64,000 nt of DNA from Dehalococcoidia bacterium (GTDB lineage Bacteria > Chloroflexota > Dehalococcoidia > Lucifugimonadales > UBA3495), in the NCBI GenBank assembly GCA_965220505.1, contig CBDCQE010000003.1, forward strand, positions 890,106 through 954,105, read 5' to 3'. Within the stretch, counting starts at the first letter, position 1; each line of letters opens with the position of its first letter. Positions 16,818-25,497 of this stretch are shown in pieces. Under the pieces are notes generated by a model, which made no database searches, was not told where the DNA came from, and saw only the letters and a program-made list of their open reading frames with translations. Both the position numbers and the translations under genes were made by a program.

Positions 16818-18677
16818 CTAGAACACCTGCGGGCAGTCGCGGGTGAAGACGCTCCACTCGCCCTTTTCGGCGTCGTAGCGGGAGTTGACGAACACCTTCC
16901 AGTTGCTCTCGTCCATTTCGGGATAGTCGCTGCGATAGTAGAAGCCCGGCCAACGGGTTTCCTTGCGGTGCAGCATGTGGCGCAGGTGGGCCTCGCCGAC
17001 CCAGGCACGGTGGATGAGCTCGTGGCAGCGCAGCAACTCGTGGCGGTTGCGGGCGCCCAGCTTCTCCAGGTCTTCCCGGAACATGCCCAGCAGTTCCAGG
17101 CCGCGCAGCATGGTGGCCTCGTTGGTCGTGAACCCGGCGGAAACTCCGGCCACGTACTCGTCCATGAGCTTTTGCAGGCGGAACAGGCCCTGCCTGGGCA
17201 GCAGGTAGTTGGGGTTCACCTCGGGGTTTGAGGATGCGTACTGGTTTTCCTCAAAGGTGACCATGGGGGCCCAGGCTTGCCGCTTGAGTTCGTCGATCTG
17301 GCGGTCGTCGGTCTTGGATTGCCCCGGGTGGTCCATGGCGTAGATCACGGCGGACTTGCCAGCCAGCCGGCCCTCGGTGAACGAACCGGACGAGAACTTG
17401 TGCGGGCACGCTCCGACGCCGTCGCCGGCGGCGAACAGGCCCTGCACGGTGGTCATCTTGTTGTAGCCCCAGTGGTATCCGTCGGGAGCCACGTCTTCGG
17501 GGCCGCTGACCCAGGCGCCGGACTCGCCGCTGTGGCTGCCCATGATGTAGGGTTCGGCCAGGACGACCTCTGAAGGACGTTCCTCGGGAGCGATATTATG
17601 CGCCGCCCAGAGGATGGCCTGGGAAATGGTCATGTCCAGGAAGTCTTCCCAGGCTTCGGCGATGATCTCCCGCTTGCGGTCCTCGTCGCCGGCGGCCAGC
17701 GCGTCGATGGCCTCCGGGGTTTTCAACTGGATGGGGCCGTTGCCGGCCTGGATTTCCGTCCAGAGCAGGTGGTTGCGCAGCGGTGTCGGCGTGGGGAACG
17801 CGGAACCGTATGGGTCGTACTTCTTGAGCTCGGGCAGCCGGTTGATAAAGTAGTTGTCGCCGGCTGCGTTGGTCAGGTCCGCGCGGAACAGCTGCGACCA
17901 CGCGCCCACCGGTCCGTAGGAGTCCTTGAAACGGCTGGGGACGAAGCGATGCTCCATTTGGGTCATCTCTGCGCCCACCGGGATTACCAGACCGTACACC
18001 GAGCCCGTGTCGAAGATGGAGTACCACGTGCGGCCCATACCCTCGCCTACGCTGCGGGGCCGGAACAGGGCGGTTGCGCCGCCGGCCGCGCTGATGACCG
18101 ACCGGGCCTTGAAGATGTAGATCACGTCCTCGCGGACCCCGAAGCCGACTGCCCCGGCGATCCGGTTCGAGTCATCGGCGTCGGTGAAAAGGTGGGAGAT
18201 GAACACCCGCTCGAAGTGGTCTTCGGGTCCGATGACTTTCTTGGTTGCCTCGGACACGATGGGCTTGTAAGCCTCGCCGTGGATCATCACCTGCCAGCGC
18301 CCTTCGCGGACGTACAGCCCTTCGTCGTCGTACCAGAAGGGGAGGCCCCATTCCTCAAACATGTGCACGCTGCTGTCCACGTGACGGGCCACGTCATAGA
18401 CGAGGTCCTCGCGGGAGATGCCCATCATATCGTTGCGGACATATTCGACGTAGTCTTCGGGCTGGTTCCAGCCGTGTCGCATGCCCATGTACATGTTGAT
18501 GGCGGAAAGCCCTTCCCCGACCGCCCCGCTGCGATCCGTGGCCGCCTTGTCGACCATCACGATGCGCAAGTCGTCGCCGCCCCAGTAACGGGCCTCGATT
18601 GCCGCTCCGCAGCCGGACATGCCGCCGCCGATGATCAGGACGTCGCTTTCAACGATGCGGGTTGTTGGTTCAGCCAT
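16818..18677 (-). CDS. aprA: adenylylsulfate (APS) reductase alpha-subunit homolog
   Basis: Start at ATG 18677 (MAEPTTRIVESDVLIIGGGMSGCGAA) with a GAGGAG RBS. AprA-type blocks: MIHGEAYKP, FRPRSVGEGMGRTWY, PHKFSSGSFTEGR, RKETRWPGFYYRSDYPE. Confidence 0.85.
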   Translation of the reverse strand: MAEPTTRIVESDVLIIGGGMSGCGAAIEARYWGGDDLRIVMVDKAATDRSGAVGEGLSAINMYMGMRHGWNQPEDYVEYVRNDMMGISREDLVYDVARHVDSSVHMFEEWGLPFWYDDEGLYVREGRWQVMIHGEAYKPIVSEATKKVIGPEDHFERVFISHLFTDADDSNRIAGAVGFGVREDVIYIFKARSVISAAGGATALFRPRSVGEGMGRTWYSIFDTGSVYGLVIPVGAEMTQMEHRFVPSRFKDSYGPVGAWSQLFRADLTNAAGDNYFINRLPELKKYDPYGSAFPTPTPLRNHLLWTEIQAGNGPIQLKTPEAIDALAAGDEDRKREIIAEAWEDFLDMTISQAILWAAHNIAPEERPSEVVLAEPYIMGSHSGESGAWVSGPEDVAPDGYHWGYNKMTTVQGLFAAGDGVGACPHKFSSGSFTEGRLAGKSAVIYAMDHPGQSKTDDRQIDELKRQAWAPMVTFEENQYASSNPEVNPNYLLPRQGLFRLQKLMDEYVAGVSAGFTTNEATMLRGLELLGMFREDLEKLGARNRHELLRCHELIHRAWVGEAHLRHMLHRKETRWPGFYYRSDYPEMDESNWKVFVNSRYDAEKGEWSVFTRDCPQVF

Positions 18678-18769
18678 TTTGAGATCGGTCTCCTCTTCGG
18701 TGATCAGTTGACGCCCAATGTGGACGGGCGCGGCATTCAGCGTCACCGCGCCCAAAAGCGGCGACGGGC

Positions 18770-18778
18770 AGTATAACA
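18770..18778 (-). promoter_or_regulatory. extended -10 promoter candidate TGTTATACT upstream of the aprA-like gene
   Basis: The minus strand reads ggtcTGTTATACTgcc, about 90 nt upstream of ATG 18677. An 8-bp hairpin (gggcgcgg/ccgcgccc) follows in the leader. Confidence 0.35.
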
Positions 18779-18846
18779 GACCGCCGGTAGAAAGCCGCGG
18801 AGGCAAGCCGGGTTCAGCGACCGAAGGAACTAACGGGTCGCGCGAT

Positions 18847-19215
18847 TCAATCCAGGCTTTCCAGCGTGTCGATGAACACGCTGATAATTTCTTTCCCGTA
18901 GCGTATTCCATCGGCCGGTGGAGGCCACGCATAAAATCCTTGGTGATAGGCCGACGCCATCATGTATTGGCCCCATAAATGCGGCGGTGCGCCCTCGTCA
19001 CCGATTAAACGTTGCATGGCTTCCTGAAGCAGCGCATGGGTATGGTGCTCCCAACCCCGACGTTCCGCCACCGCTTTGATGGCGTGAGCAGCGGCGCCCC
19101 AGACCTTGTTGCTGGCCTCTTCCAATTCGCCGCGAGCCAACTCGTCATCCACCAGATCCAGGAAATGCCTACTTCGCTCTCGGTGGTAAGCGATGGTATC
19201 CGCGCTGGTGGTCAT
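18847..19215 (-). CDS. HEPN/PaREP1-like small helical protein, paralog C
   Basis: 122 aa, AGGAGG RBS. ASNKVWGAAAHAIKAVAERRGWEHHTH contains an R-x4-H pattern. Confidence 0.65.
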   Translation of the reverse strand: MTTSADTIAYHRERSRHFLDLVDDELARGELEEASNKVWGAAAHAIKAVAERRGWEHHTHALLQEAMQRLIGDEGAPPHLWGQYMMASAYHQGFYAWPPPADGIRYGKEIISVFIDTLESLD

Positions 19216-19230
19216 GGGCCACCCTCCTGC

Positions 19231-19599
19231 CTAGCCCAGGCTTTCCAGGGTTTGGACGAACTCGGAGATCACCGATTTCCCGTAGCGTATGCTGTCTGCG
19301 TCGGGAGGGCCACCGTAGAATCGCTGGTGGTAGTGCGAGGCAATGTAATATTGCCCTTCAATATGCTGCGGTGCGCCTTCCTCTCTAACTAATCGCAGGA
19401 CAGCGCTTTCAATCAAGGCATGAGCGTGGTGCTCCCAGCCCCGGCGTTCAGCCGCCCCCTTAATGGCATGAGCAGCGGCGCCCCAGACCTTGTTGCTGGC
19501 CTCTTCCAATTCGCCGCGAGCCAACTCGTCATCCACCAGATCCAGGAAATGCCTACTTCGCTCGCGGTGGTAAGCGATGGTATCCGCGCTGGTGGTCAT
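19231..19599 (-). CDS. HEPN/PaREP1-like small helical protein, paralog B
   Basis: True start is ATG 19599 (MTTSADTIAYH) with a GAGGAT RBS. The first 47 aa are identical to paralog C. Confidence 0.65.
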   Translation of the reverse strand: MTTSADTIAYHRERSRHFLDLVDDELARGELEEASNKVWGAAAHAIKGAAERRGWEHHAHALIESAVLRLVREEGAPQHIEGQYYIASHYHQRFYGGPPDADSIRYGKSVISEFVQTLESLG

Positions 19600-19603
19600 G
19601 GGA

Positions 19604-20065
19604 TTATCCTCGCGACAGGTTGGCGCCAACCAACCATCCGGCGTCCAGGTCAACCTCGGGTTTGCAGATCTTGATGAAGTCTCCCAGGTCGCCGATGTAA
19701 GGCGCTTCGCCCTGGCGACAGACGCGTATGTATTCGACCACTGCCGCAAGATTTACCGTACCCGAGGCGTCTACAAAGGGTGAGGTTCCCGCGTCGGCAG
19801 TGTCGGTCAACTTCCACCGACCTGGACCCGTGTCCTGGTTGGTGAACCAGTCACGCTTGAGCACGCCGTCGACGTCGGGGGAACGTTCGCCCATGGCCAG
19901 TTCTACTGCCTGCCACAGCTGGGCCCGACGGATGGGTTCGCCGCGAGTCACGAGCACGTCACGGATTATCTTGCTGGCCAACAAGGTGATGTTGTCGTCG
20001 GCATGGACGGCGTAATCGGAATTCGCGGCCCCGCCGGCTGTAGCTGAGGTGGTGGGTGTGCTCAT
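19604..20065 (-). CDS. hypothetical protein (possible winged-helix), first gene of a 3-gene module
   Basis: Start at ATG 20065 (MSTPTTS) with an AGGAGA RBS. Its TAA stop is 4 nt before paralog B's ATG. Confidence 0.55.
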   Translation of the reverse strand: MSTPTTSATAGGAANSDYAVHADDNITLLASKIIRDVLVTRGEPIRRAQLWQAVELAMGERSPDVDGVLKRDWFTNQDTGPGRWKLTDTADAGTSPFVDASGTVNLAAVVEYIRVCRQGEAPYIGDLGDFIKICKPEVDLDAGWLVGANLSRG

Positions 20066-20138
20066 TGGGTCTCCTGGGTGAAATGGGCCACAGCGGTCTC
20101 TCGGGCTGCTGTGCCGAACACAACGTTTGCCGGCACCA

Positions 20139-20147
20139 ATTATAGCA
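20139..20147 (-). promoter_or_regulatory. extended -10 promoter candidate TGCTATAAT
   Basis: Exact 9-mer on the minus strand, 74 nt upstream of ATG 20065. Confidence 0.45.
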
Positions 20148-20280
20148 AGAGCCTTCATGCCGGCGTTGGTTGGGCGCCCTGGAAATAGCGCCGGCGACCG
20201 GACCGCGGGGCGGCTCAGCAGCGTATTTTGACATGCTGCCAGGCTCCACGCCGTTCAGGCTTGGCAACGCTGCGCAGGGC

Positions 20281-21801
20281 TCACAATCCGTCGATTTCGA
20301 GGGTTCGAACCTCGTCGGCGCTCAGGTCCGCCACGCGTATGGCGTGGTTGTTGGTGTCGGCGATGTACAGCAGCGGCTCCCGGCCGTCATCGAAGTTGGC
20401 GAAACTCAGTCCGCTGGGTTCGCTGAAGGTGGCCAATCGGTTCTCGCCGTCATGCAGGCCCATGGCCCCGGAGCCCAGAACCGTCTGCACGGAGCGGGTC
20501 AGCGGCAGGACCTTCTTGATCTTGTGGTTGTAGGTGTCCGCGATGAACAACTCGCCGTTGTGCCACTCGATACCGATGGGATGCTGCAACCGGACGTTGT
20601 GTTCCACACCATCCCGGTCTCCGAAGGCGAAGAGATCGATGCCAACCAGGGTTGCTACGCGACCGGTAGTCGGATCTATTCCCGCGCTTCTCACACTGCT
20701 GGTTTCCGAATCGGCGAAATACAGGATCGGGTTGTCGCCCCGGTCTTTGCCGACGACGATGCCGCTGGGCTGCGCCAGCGTCGCCTGGGCCAATGGGCCG
20801 TTGTCGATGTTCTCGCCGCCGGTACCGGCATGGGGACACACCGCGCCGTCGGCCAATGACAATCGCCACAACTGGTGTGTCCCGGCCATGGCGATATAGA
20901 GCGTTCCATCATGGTGCGTTAGATCCCACGGGCTGCTCAGGGCCACTTGCCGTCCGGGTCCCTGGGCCCGACGGTCGTGACCTTGTTCGCCGGTTCCGGC
21001 GATGGTATCGACCTTGCAGGTTGCCAGATTGATCCGGCGAATGGCGTGGTTCTCGGTGTCGGCGACGTACAGAGTGTCGCTCAGCAACTCCATGCCCTGC
21101 GGGTGGTTGAACGCGGCGCTGGCATAGTCGCCATCGACGAAGTCCTCGGCGCCGGAACCGATGACCCACTGAACCTGTCCGTGCAGATCGGTCACGACAA
21201 TGCGGTTGTGGTTGGTGTCCGCGATGAACAGACGATTGCCGGGGCCATCGGCCAGTACCTTGCCGGGGAACGCCAACGCTGATTCTTCTACCGCTTCCGG
21301 TACCAGGCCCAGGTCACGACGGTCAATCATGCCCTTTTCGTCGAACTCGGCGATCATCCGCCCCAGCAGGTCGTCGAAAGCTTCGTAGGGCAGTTCGCCT
21401 TCATGCTTGCCGATGACCTTGCCTTCGGGATCAACGAACATCAGCGTGGGCCACGCACGACATGCGTACTGCCGCCAGACCTCGAACTCGGCGTCGTTGA
21501 CGATAGGATGCTTCAGCTCATAACGCTGGGCGGCCAGCAGCACGTTGTCGGCGTACTTCTCGTTGGGGAACTTGGCCGAGTGGACCCCGATGACCACCAA
21601 CTCGTCCGCATACTTTTCTTCCATTTTCCGCAACTGCGGAAACACGTGCATGCAGTTCACTCAACAGTACGTCCAGAAGTCGAGGACCACGAGCTTGCCG
21701 CGCAGATCTTCCATGCTCAGCGGCCGGTCGGTGTTGATCCATTCGACGTTGGCGGGGAAGTCCGGCGCGTTGACGGTGCCGGCGAAAGAGCGGGTGGCCA
21801 T
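20281..21801 (-). CDS. thioredoxin-like (redoxin) domain + NHL-repeat beta-propeller protein with an in-frame TGA at 21663-21661 (candidate selenocysteine; alternatively a pseudogene)
   Basis: Hand translation upstream of the track ORF gives ATG 21801 (GGAGG RBS), [59 protein letters not shown]. Total length is 1521 nt, in frame. NHL repeats follow ([51 protein letters not shown]). Confidence 0.7.
21625..21642 (-). promoter_or_regulatory. SECIS-like stem-loop candidate
   Basis: mRNA UUUCCGC-AGUU-GCGGAAA (7-bp stem, 4-nt loop containing G) begins 18 nt after the UGA. Confidence 0.35.
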
Positions 21802-21842
21802 TGTGGAGCCTCCAGAGGTGGGTTGATACCGGGGTTGCGGCG

Positions 21843-22649
21843 TTAATCAGTGTGCCCTTGCCGCACCTCGCGGGCGCGGTTGATGATGCGCTGGGCGTCG
21901 GAGATGGTTCTCTGCCGGTAGTCAGGCTGGTCGGTGAGCAACGGCTGTTGCCGTCCTTCCTCCTCGTATTCCTGTTCCCCGGCGTACGCGGAGTAGATGT
22001 CTGGCGGGATGCTGAGCGAAAGCTCACGCAGTTCGGGGTCAACCTGCCGGATGCGTCCCAGCAGATGGCCGATGTTATGGGTGCGTTGGTATCTGACGCC
22101 GTGAGCTTCCAGCAGGGCTTTCATGCCGTGTTCCAGCGCGGCCTGCGCGTGCTGACCGATGAGCAAATCGATGTTCCCCAAATCAATCATTTGCTCAAAA
22201 GCGGTCAGGTGCGCTTCAGCGTGCAGTAGCCGGTTGTTGTAGTTCATCCAGTCGTACTCGCACTCCGTTTCGTCGTCTTCACCATATACGGAACCAGGCT
22301 GTTGCGGGACCCGCGACATGAAGACTCCATCGTGCACGGCGCGGGTTTCGACGCTGTTGACATAGCGGCGCCGGTACCGGAAGTCCTGCGTAGTGCGCCA
22401 TACCAACTGCACGGACACCGGGTATTCGTAGATGGCTTGGGCAATTCCTTGCGCCCATTCGACAGCCCGGTCCTTGTACTGCTGATCCGGCATCCCTGGG
22501 TTTATGAGCATGATGTCGATGTCGGAGCGGCGTTCTTGATAGTCACCCCGGGCCCGTGATCCAAAGAGGATGGCGGCCAACGGCTGCTCCCGCTCGTACA
22601 CGGCTTGCGCTACGCTCAACGCGCGCTGGTCGCAGGTGGCGGCGGTCAT
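21843..22649 (-). CDS. fused minimal nucleotidyltransferase (MNT) + HEPN domain protein
   Basis: Start at ATG 22649 (AGGAGA RBS). The N-terminus has [21 protein letters not shown] (GS-x10-DxD). The C-terminus has YQRTHNIGH (R-x5-H). Confidence 0.75.
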   Translation of the reverse strand: MTAATCDQRALSVAQAVYEREQPLAAILFGSRARGDYQERRSDIDIMLINPGMPDQQYKDRAVEWAQGIAQAIYEYPVSVQLVWRTTQDFRYRRRYVNSVETRAVHDGVFMSRVPQQPGSVYGEDDETECEYDWMNYNNRLLHAEAHLTAFEQMIDLGNIDLLIGQHAQAALEHGMKALLEAHGVRYQRTHNIGHLLGRIRQVDPELRELSLSIPPDIYSAYAGEQEYEEEGRQQPLLTDQPDYRQRTISDAQRIINRAREVRQGHTD

Positions 22650-22711
22650 CAGGCTATTCTCCTGAGTTGCATTTCTACGAGGCCCCTGCCATGACGACAT
22701 GCGTGAATCAG

Positions 22712-23113
22712 TCAAGATTGAGCGATTTCCAAGACGACAACAAGCGCAAGCCCGGCGATGACTGCCAACCCAATCATCATTACCGACGTACCGATAATCT
22801 TCTTGTAGTCGCCCTGGTTACGGTTACCGCGCAAGACGACGGCAAGCACGGTGAGGGTAACGCCAACGCCGGTTGCGATTCCAACCAGGCCGGCGATGCC
22901 ATAATCACCAAAGTCCCTACCTCCCAGGGACCGGTCGTATATCACAATTGCCTGGTATGTCGCAGCGGTGATGGCGCCAACGCTGACCAGGGTTGCGCCA
23001 ATGCCCACCAGCCCCAAGAGGCCAACGACGACATCCTGATAGATCTGGCGGCGACTCCGCGACGGTCCGGGCGCATGTTCCGTCGCCCGGCTATCGCGGC
23101 GGCTGCGACTCAA
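22712..23113 (-). CDS. hypothetical integral membrane protein
   Basis: 133 aa, four hydrophobic helices, basic N-terminus. Confidence 0.55.
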   Translation of the reverse strand: MSRSRRDSRATEHAPGPSRSRRQIYQDVVVGLLGLVGIGATLVSVGAITAATYQAIVIYDRSLGGRDFGDYGIAGLVGIATGVGVTLTVLAVVLRGNRNQGDYKKIIGTSVMMIGLAVIAGLALVVVLEIAQS

Positions 23114-23615
23114 ATGCCAGAGTGGCGTAGCGCATGAAGATGGCGCCCACCGGTTCGCCCAAAGGCGCGTTAGCCACCAGAACTGCGATGACGTGTTCCT
23201 TGCCGGGCTCGCCGGGCTCTTCCAACAGGACGCGCTTGGGTGTGTTGTTGCCCGTCACCGCGCCGATGTTGCGGTCGATCTTGCCGTCGATGTACACCTC
23301 GCCGTAGTTGTCCACGTTGGTCTCGAACCAGACCCGGCAGGTGGAAACATCCTGGCCCTTCACCGTCTCCGGCATGGTGAATCGGAGCCGATACCAGGCG
23401 AAGGTGAACCCAACCGAGTAGCGCTTCTGGAAATCCGCTCCGCTCTCCCATCCGGAGTCGTCGTAGTCGGGCAGCCGGGCGTTGCTACCCAGCATCTCAG
23501 CGACGAGCCCCTGGTTGGGCTCACCTGGCTCGAGGCCCTGCGCTATTCGCCATCCGTCCGATTTAATGACGGCCAGATCGTCTTTCTGTTCAAGGTCAAG
23601 GGCTACTCGGGGCAT
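23091..23615 (-). CDS. jelly-roll (glycoside hydrolase family 2 sugar-binding-domain-like) protein
   Basis: Start at ATG 23615 (AAGGAG RBS). YDDSGWE ... FAWYRLRF ... VYIDGK pattern. Confidence 0.5.
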   Translation of the reverse strand: MPRVALDLEQKDDLAVIKSDGWRIAQGLEPGEPNQGLVAEMLGSNARLPDYDDSGWESGADFQKRYSVGFTFAWYRLRFTMPETVKGQDVSTCRVWFETNVDNYGEVYIDGKIDRNIGAVTGNNTPKRVLLEEPGEPGKEHVIAVLVANAPLGEPVGAIFMRYATLAFESQPPR

Positions 23616-23692
23616 GGGGGAAACTCCTTTATTGCTTTCATGAGTGAGATGGCATGGAGGAAAGTAAGATTGTTCTCCTCCGTAGCGCGCGT

Positions 23693-24418
23693 CTAGGACT
23701 TGAGGTGCTGGGCAAAGAACTCCAGCGTGCGTGGCCACGACCGGTCAGCGGCTTCCTTCTGGTAGCGTGGGCCGGTGAAGTCCATGAACGCGTGGTCGGC
23801 GTCGCGGTACACGTAGAACTGGTGCTCCTTGCCCAGGCGGTTCAACTCCTCGTCGAACCTGCGCATATTCTCCTGGGAGGGGTTCTCGTCGACCTCGCCG
23901 AAGTGGAACAGCATGGGGCAGTTGATGTTGCTGGCCAGCTCGAACGGTGGTGTTTCGCCCGCGCCCCAGGTTACCAGCAGGTTTCCGCCATAATATGGCG
24001 CGACCGCCGAGAAGTGGGGGTTCGATGCGGCGGCCAGCCAGGCGACCCGCCCGCCCATGCAGAACCCGGTCACGCCGATCCGGTCGGTGACGGCATCGTG
24101 GTTGCGGAGCCAGTCCACGGTGGCATTGATGTCCGCGACGATGTCAGGATCGCTGAGCACGTCCCAGGGGCGGGGCCGTGGATCAGCGTTCATCACCTCG
24201 TCTGAGTTGCGGTGGTACAGGTTCGGAGCGACAGCGGCAAAGCCTTCACCGGCCAGCCGGTCACAGATCGTGCGGATGAACTCGTCAACGCCGCCGCCGT
24301 GCTGCGCCACCACCACAGCGGGGAATGGGGCGGTGAAGCCCGCACTGCTGCTGGGCACGCTGGCGTACATATCCATCTCGCTGCCGTCGACGGTAAGCTT
24401 TTCCCAGAAACTGGCCAT
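23693..24418 (-). CDS. dienelactone hydrolase family protein, copy 1
   Basis: Start at ATG 24418 (GGGAGG RBS). GVTGFCMGG nucleophile elbow and DHAF motif. Confidence 0.85.
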   Translation of the reverse strand: MASFWEKLTVDGSEMDMYASVPSSSAGFTAPFPAVVVAQHGGGVDEFIRTICDRLAGEGFAAVAPNLYHRNSDEVMNADPRPRPWDVLSDPDIVADINATVDWLRNHDAVTDRIGVTGFCMGGRVAWLAAASNPHFSAVAPYYGGNLLVTWGAGETPPFELASNINCPMLFHFGEVDENPSQENMRRFDEELNRLGKEHQFYVYRDADHAFMDFTGPRYQKEAADRSWPRTLEFFAQHLKS

Positions 24419-24483
24419 AACGGTACCTCCCGTGTCTGTGAACTGAAACTGCCGGCGCCCTTCGGAACCTTTGCCGGCAACGT

Positions 24484-25224
24484 CTAACCCTTGAGATACT
24501 GCGCGAAAAACTCCAACGTGCGCGGCCAAGATTCCACGGCCGCTCCCTCGTGATACCTGCCGCCGGACGGGTTCATGAAGGCGTGGTCAGCGCCGGCGTA
24601 GGTGTAGAACCGGTGTGCCTTGCCCAGCCGGTCCAGTTCGGCGTCGAGTTTGTGCATGTCGTCCTGGGACGGGTTGGCGTCGATCTCACCGAAGTGGAAG
24701 AGCATGGGGCAGTCGATGTTGCTTGCCAGATCGAAGGGCGGGGTTTCTCCGTCGCCCCATGTGATCATCAGATTGCCGCCGTAATATGGAACCACCGCCT
24801 TGTAGTTCGGATTGGTAGCGGCGGCCAGCCATGCCACGCGACCGCCCATGCAGAAGCCGGTCACGCCGATGCGGTCGCTTTGTATCGCATCATGGTTCAA
24901 AAGCCAGTCGACCGTGGCGTTCATGTCGGCGACGATGCCGGGGTCACTGAGCAGAGTTGCCGGGCTGGGACGCGGACCCCCGTCTGCAGAGGCGGCAATG
25001 GCTTCTTCACTGTGCCGGTGATACAGGTTGGGTGCAACCGCCGCGTATCCGTCCGCCGCCAGTCGGTCGCAGATGTCCTGGATGAAGGCGTCCACGCCGG
25101 TGGCGTGTTGCGCCACCACTACCGCCGGATATGGAGCGGAATAACCGGCGCTGCTGGAGGGCACCGCCGCGTACATGTCCATTTGCTGCCCGTCTACGTT
25201 GATCTTTTCCCAAAAACTAGCCAT
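24484..25224 (-). CDS. dienelactone hydrolase family protein, copy 2 (tandem paralog)
   Basis: Collinear with copy 1 along its full length (MASFWEK..., GVTGFCMGGRVAWLAA, CPMLFHFGE). Confidence 0.85.
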   Translation of the reverse strand: MASFWEKINVDGQQMDMYAAVPSSSAGYSAPYPAVVVAQHATGVDAFIQDICDRLAADGYAAVAPNLYHRHSEEAIAASADGGPRPSPATLLSDPGIVADMNATVDWLLNHDAIQSDRIGVTGFCMGGRVAWLAAATNPNYKAVVPYYGGNLMITWGDGETPPFDLASNIDCPMLFHFGEIDANPSQDDMHKLDAELDRLGKAHRFYTYAGADHAFMNPSGGRYHEGAAVESWPRTLEFFAQYLKG

Positions 25225-25253
25225 TTATGAACCTCTCTGTTGTCGAATGAGTT

Positions 25254-25496
25254 TTATCCCATCTTGTCATCAAGTCTCGAAGAACAGGCATTTTGCCGCG
25301 AGTGATCTTCCCACGCTACCTTGAACAGCCAGTTCAACATCGATGCTAAGGCCAGAAGCGCCAGGGCAGCGCCCAGCGCTGACAACGCAGGGATGCCCCG
25401 TATCTCCAGTACGACCCGGAACACGATATCGAACAACCAGAACCAAGCGCCCGTGACAATAAGGACCGCCCAAGCCGAACGCAGTCTTCCCATCAC
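25254..25496 (-). CDS. small two-TM hypothetical protein
   Basis: 80 aa, two hydrophobic helices, locally lower GC. Confidence 0.45.
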   Translation of the reverse strand: MMGRLRSAWAVLIVTGAWFWLFDIVFRVVLEIRGIPALSALGAALALLALASMLNWLFKVAWEDHSRQNACSSRLDDKMG

Positions 25497-25497
25497 A

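Noticed and set aside
16818-20160. Search for an aprB (two-[4Fe-4S] ferredoxin) gene next to the aprA-like gene
   Set aside because: The 170-nt gap upstream of aprA is too small. The neighbouring ORFs lack any CxxCxxCxxxCP pattern, and no Cys-cluster ORF exists anywhere in the window. I report the absence as a finding, not a feature.
21518-22042. 174-aa track ORF spanning the junction of the thioredoxin-NHL and MNT-HEPN genes
   Set aside because: It is out of frame with both well-supported genes and has an Arg/Pro-rich composition. The in-frame extension of the NHL gene through the TGA explains this region better.
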